NCBI GenBank assembly: GCA_000092065.1
Contig: CP000581.1
Direction: 5' to 3' (one strand)
DNA length: 64,000 nucleotides
DNA from: Ostreococcus lucimarinus
Taxonomy: Eukaryota
Position numbers and translations under genes: made by a program. The notes beneath the pieces are model-generated. The model was not told the origin of the DNA and searched no databases. It saw only the letters and a program-made list of their open reading frames with translations. Positions 60,589 through 64,000 of this stretch are shown piece after piece (within the stretch, counting starts at the first letter, position 1; each line of letters opens with the position of its first letter).

Positions 60589-61179
60589 ATGCGCGCGCTC
60601 GTCGCGGCGGCGCTCGTCGCGGCGCTCGTCGCGCTCGCGGCGGCGCGCGGCGTCGCGAGCGCCGCGCCGCCGGCGACGATCGCGGCGTCGCGGGACGCGA
60701 TGGATTCGCTGCCGCGCGACGACGACGACGCCGCGCGACGACGGTTGCGATGCAACGCGTGCGCGGCGGCGTGCGACGCGCTCGTGCGCGATCTCGCGCG
60801 GGAGCGCGCGCGGAGGGGCGGGACGCTGACGCGCGCGCTTGCGGACGCGACGATGGAGGCGACGTGCGCGCGCGCGGGGGAAGAGCTCGGGTTGACGATG
60901 CGCGACGGGCGGGTCACGGAGACGTTCGCGGAGGACGACGGGACGGCGCGAGCGAGAGGGCGATGGATCACGGTGTACGCGCGGGAGGCGTGCGCGAGGC
61001 TGATCGATGGAGAACACGACGATGCGTTGATGACGTTCGGGAAGCGGGACGACGGCGGGGCGCGAATGGAGGCGAGGGAGGCGCTGTGTCACGCGAGAAC
61101 GGGGACGTGCGAGAGCGCGTCGGCGGCGCGCGCCGCGAACGAGTTGGAGGCGCGGGATCGGCGGGATCGCGAGCTTTAG
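60589..61179 (+). CDS. Hypothetical small secreted/ER Cys-rich protein ending in -DREL (possible ER-retention variant). Its Cys pattern and C-terminal retention-like signal are faintly reminiscent of MANF/ARMET
   Basis: The C-terminal 196 aa of track ORF 59875..61179: signal peptide MRALVAAALVAALVALAAARGVASA, 7 Cys (CNACAAAC, TCARAG, ACARL, CHARTGTCE), ends ...EARDRRDREL. The upstream part of the track ORF is antisense of ABC1K. Confidence 0.45.
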   Translation: MRALVAAALVAALVALAAARGVASAAPPATIAASRDAMDSLPRDDDDAARRRLRCNACAAACDALVRDLARERARRGGTLTRALADATMEATCARAGEELGLTMRDGRVTETFAEDDGTARARGRWITVYAREACARLIDGEHDDALMTFGKRDDGGARMEAREALCHARTGTCESASAARAANELEARDRRDREL

Positions 61180-61228
61180 CGAAGTAGTGTGGTGTGCATG
61201 CATCACGTGTATATTTCTAACGCTAGTA

Positions 61229-64000
61229 CTAGGAAATCGTGTGTTGCGTAGACGGATCCTCGTAGTCGCGGCTCGGTAAGACGCGAGGCGCCGGAATCGG
61301 CGAATCGTCCCACACTCGCGATCGTGATCGTAAAGGCACCAAGTCGTCCGATCGGTGCGTGTCTTGCGCGTTGTCGTCGTCCGTGCCCAATGAGATCATG
61401 GAATTGGACGTGAGTTGCGTGCGCGGATCTTCACCGATTGGGTTGTCCGCATCTTCGGCCACCGTGGGCTGTCGGGGTAGTTGCAACGACAAGCGACGAT
61501 TCGGCGAACGCGACGTCGCGTTCGCGACGCCAGACTCGATGTCGAACTCGATCGATCGTCGATCAGAGTCGATCGATCGTCGCGGCATCGTCGACTTTTG
61601 AGCGTTCAATCGGTTGTCTGGGCCGATGAAAATGGAGCGTTGTCGCGAAACCTTGTTCGACAAGCCTCGTAAAAATTCCCTCTTCTTTTGCGCCCTGAGC
61701 GAAGTTCTCGATTTACCAGAGGTCGGCGATTGCAAGAGCTTGTCGGTCGGGATGACGTAAATGAGCAAATCATTGACGCTCTCAAACGTGCAGTAACCAT
61801 CCCTGTCGGGCTCCACGGGAAGTGATTCAGATGCGGATTCGTCCACGGACATCTTCGCCGCGAGCGCGGCGAGATTTTGAGACGAGCCGCGCACGAGACC
61901 ATTTTTCCCGAATTTCAACGCCGACAAGCGCGACTCAAGCTTACTCTCAAGCGCGCTCGAAGCCGACGTTGTTGCGTTGGATAGCATGCCCGTCCGTTTG
62001 AAAGTCACGACGCACGGCGCTGGGATGTTGCCGCACGTATTGTTGTACAGAGATCCACGAAGCAAAATCACCACTTGTCTGTCGTCGTGCTCGAGTTTTG
62101 ATCCTTGCGAAATTTTCACGAGTTTACCCGCGCGTACGAGTTTATTCACGGGAAGATCCGGTAAGACGCTATCTAGTTCGCTGCGCAACACGGTCTCCGC
62201 CAACAAACCGAGCACCACTCGCCACATAAACTCGAGCGTTTCCGCCTCACGAAGATCGCCGCGTAGGCTGTCCAAAAGTGAGCGCGGAAGGACGAAACCA
62301 AACATAGTCGTCTGCGCCGTCGCACGAATACCACTACGATTTGGTTCTTCTTCATTCGCGTCATTTGCCAGCGCTTCGTACAAGGCCAAAGCCCACGCGT
62401 GCGGATGCGACTTACAGCCTGCCGTAATTTGTTGCGTCGCATCCGCCGCAGACTCGATGAGTACGACGCCGTTGCCGACAAGCATAATTCCGTCGTTCAA
62501 CTTGACATTGGGGTCGATGATGATGTCACCCACGTTAAACTCTACAACTTCTGCTTCTCGAAGGAAGTGTTTACGAATCTCTCGCGACTTGATGCCCACG
62601 CGTTGCGTGAAATCAAAGAGCGGAATCGCAGCGAGGATGCGGCCAGGTGACGTACGCGATGGTGGGAGCGGATGCATAATCAGCCTTTGAAGGTAGAGGT
62701 CGTGCTCGGCCTGTAACATTGATCCTTCCGATTCGTCCAGCAATCCCGTATGCGTCAAGAGTTTTGTTTCTTCCATCGTCACCTCCAGAATTTCACGCGC
62801 GAGTGCCTCGGATCTCAGCGAACGCGCCACAGCGTTGTGAGCGTGCTGCATCTCTTTCAGCATTTCAACGGCTTGGACGACCTCGGTATCCGACTCGAAG
62901 AGAACATCTCGCACATGATGTGACTTGATGGACGTTTCGTTTGCTAGATTTTCGCCGACACCAGCCTTTGTGAGTGTATAACTCTTTGCCAGCTCGGCGA
63001 CTTCCGATTGCGCTTCCTCCTTGGCTTGCTCTTCCTCTTCGTTTTTGCCTAGTAAAGATTTGAATTGCTCTGAAGTCAAGCGATGGGCACTAATTAGGGC
63101 ATGTAAACCTTGCATTTGACGTCTCGTGCCCATCCAGCCTTCTTCGACGAGCCTGAGGTAACGCAAGGTTTTGATGATTCGCATACCCCACGCTCGACGT
63201 TCAAACGCCTTGACGACGGCGCTCTTCACGCGGCTCTGCTTCATGAAGCGGTTGAACTCGTCGAACGTACACAATACGTTCGATTTTGACTTATCAGTTG
63301 CTCGCTCGCAGGCGATAAGCAACCCGTGAGCAACTTTTGCGTCAATCAAGTCGTCTTCAAGCATCGACCAGACTTCTTTACAGAGCCCGGCCAAGAAACG
63401 ATCACGCATCTCGTGCATGAGCTGAGCGTCCATTTTCGCGATCTCGTGCTTGAACTCGATTTCCGTTTCGTCTGTTTGTGTGCGAAGGAATGGCACGAGC
63501 TGCTTAACCGCCGTGAAGTCGGGCGCGCCGAGATACTGCGCACCAGTTTGGTCCAGCTTTTCGTCGTAGTGCGCGAGCGCGCGCTCGTGAATGGCTTTGC
63601 GAGCAGCCAATAACGTTCGGTCGTGACTAAGCCCGGGCGTAAGCAGGCCGACAATGCGAAGCATAGCTGCCGCAGAAGATGCATTGATTAACAGCGTCCC
63701 AATCACTGCGGCGGAAACCATTACGAGCGTCAATCCACGCTCTCGCTTTGTGAAATGCGCATCATCCTCCAACACGACGAGCGCGAGCGCCAAACCGACA
63801 GCGCCACGTAGACCGCTCCAAATGGCTATAAAGGTCTCACGCATGCTTAAGACGTGTCCTTTGTAGTAGTTCATCCACGGAAACAGCATCGCCGTGACGA
63901 CAAAACGAATTATGTTGAGGCACAAGTAGAGGAGAATACCCCACCCCAGGTCGCTGGCTTTGATGTCCAGTTCGCCGAGCAAAATATCTGCGACGATCAG
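61229..64000 (-). CDS. Na+/H+ exchanger (CPA1/NHE) C-terminal TM region fused to a long cytosolic tail containing a cyclic-nucleotide-binding-like domain. Partial: the 5' end lies beyond the window
   Basis: N-terminal part of the visible ORF (MLGELDIKASDLGWGILLYLCLNIIRFVVTAMLFPWMNYYKGHVLSMRETFIAIWSGLRGAVGLALALVV) matches the last NHE TM helices. The tail contains a cNMP-binding-like beta-roll (FLREAEVVEFNVGDIIIDPNVKLNDGIMLVGNGVVLIES...) and Ser-rich regulatory stretches. The ORF is open to the window end. Confidence 0.7.
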   Translation of the reverse strand: MIVADILLGELDIKASDLGWGILLYLCLNIIRFVVTAMLFPWMNYYKGHVLSMRETFIAIWSGLRGAVGLALALVVLEDDAHFTKRERGLTLVMVSAAVIGTLLINASSAAAMLRIVGLLTPGLSHDRTLLAARKAIHERALAHYDEKLDQTGAQYLGAPDFTAVKQLVPFLRTQTDETEIEFKHEIAKMDAQLMHEMRDRFLAGLCKEVWSMLEDDLIDAKVAHGLLIACERATDKSKSNVLCTFDEFNRFMKQSRVKSAVVKAFERRAWGMRIIKTLRYLRLVEEGWMGTRRQMQGLHALISAHRLTSEQFKSLLGKNEEEEQAKEEAQSEVAELAKSYTLTKAGVGENLANETSIKSHHVRDVLFESDTEVVQAVEMLKEMQHAHNAVARSLRSEALAREILEVTMEETKLLTHTGLLDESEGSMLQAEHDLYLQRLIMHPLPPSRTSPGRILAAIPLFDFTQRVGIKSREIRKHFLREAEVVEFNVGDIIIDPNVKLNDGIMLVGNGVVLIESAADATQQITAGCKSHPHAWALALYEALANDANEEEPNRSGIRATAQTTMFGFVLPRSLLDSLRGDLREAETLEFMWRVVLGLLAETVLRSELDSVLPDLPVNKLVRAGKLVKISQGSKLEHDDRQVVILLRGSLYNNTCGNIPAPCVVTFKRTGMLSNATTSASSALESKLESRLSALKFGKNGLVRGSSQNLAALAAKMSVDESASESLPVEPDRDGYCTFESVNDLLIYVIPTDKLLQSPTSGKSRTSLRAQKKREFLRGLSNKVSRQRSIFIGPDNRLNAQKSTMPRRSIDSDRRSIEFDIESGVANATSRSPNRRLSLQLPRQPTVAEDADNPIGEDPRTQLTSNSMISLGTDDDNAQDTHRSDDLVPLRSRSRVWDDSPIPAPRVLPSRDYEDPSTQHTIS

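Noticed and set aside
59622-61187. 521-aa and 434-aa plus ORFs overlapping the ABC1K gene
   Set aside because: Antisense of ABC1K plus Arg-rich promoter junk. Only the last ~196 codons (from ATG 60589) have signal-peptide and protein-like composition, and these are kept as a separate small gene.
1-64000. Prokaryotic-type features: operons, CRISPR arrays, defence islands, IS elements, rho-independent terminators, tRNA/rRNA genes
   Set aside because: Every recognisable protein has a eukaryotic nuclear function. Genes are monocistronic on alternating strands, with spliceosomal introns, TGTAA poly(A) signals and organellar transit peptides. No repeat-spacer arrays, transposase or integrase ORFs, or tRNA-like cloverleaves were seen.

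Overview
This 64 kb window is nuclear DNA from a very GC-rich, gene-dense, intron-poor eukaryote, not a prokaryote. It encodes a TOR kinase, a plastid-type CYP97 carotenoid hydroxylase, PPR, PEX14, PDS5, TFIIE-alpha, PSMB3, WDR12, WDR33/FY, PPWD1, CDC50, small Tim and NDUFB7. It also carries two markers typical of prasinophyte green algae: a nickel superoxide dismutase behind a ubiquitin-like leader, and a SelU-family gene whose single in-frame TGA sits exactly where selenocysteine is expected. TGTAA poly(A) signals at gene ends fit a green alga as well. Together these point to a Mamiellophyceae-like picoalga (Micromonas/Ostreococcus type). I call about 38 protein-coding genes on alternating strands, roughly one per 1.7 kb. 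Divergent promoters are 70-700 bp and convergent 3' gaps are as short as 46-55 bp. The ORF track is bacterial-style, so it misses at least 9 short spliceosomal introns (58-208 bp). I reconstructed these from homology; they share a donor consensus G|GTGCG and a conserved GACTGAC branch-point motif 17-43 nt upstream of the 3' AG. The track also invents many arginine-rich pseudo-ORFs from (GCGCGCGACG)-like intergenic and transit-peptide DNA. The most notable items are the candidate SelU selenoprotein (UGA at 49420-49422), the NiSOD with a split ubiquitin-like leader, a PP2C-protein kinase fusion gene, a partial Na+/H+ exchanger with a cyclic-nucleotide-binding tail, two head-to-head gene pairs whose start codons overlap on a CATG palindrome, and an AT-rich island containing a possible C/D snoRNA. 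There are no CRISPR arrays, rRNA or tRNA genes, or obvious transposons. Intron boundaries are anchored to the ORF-track frames and may be off by 1-2 nt.
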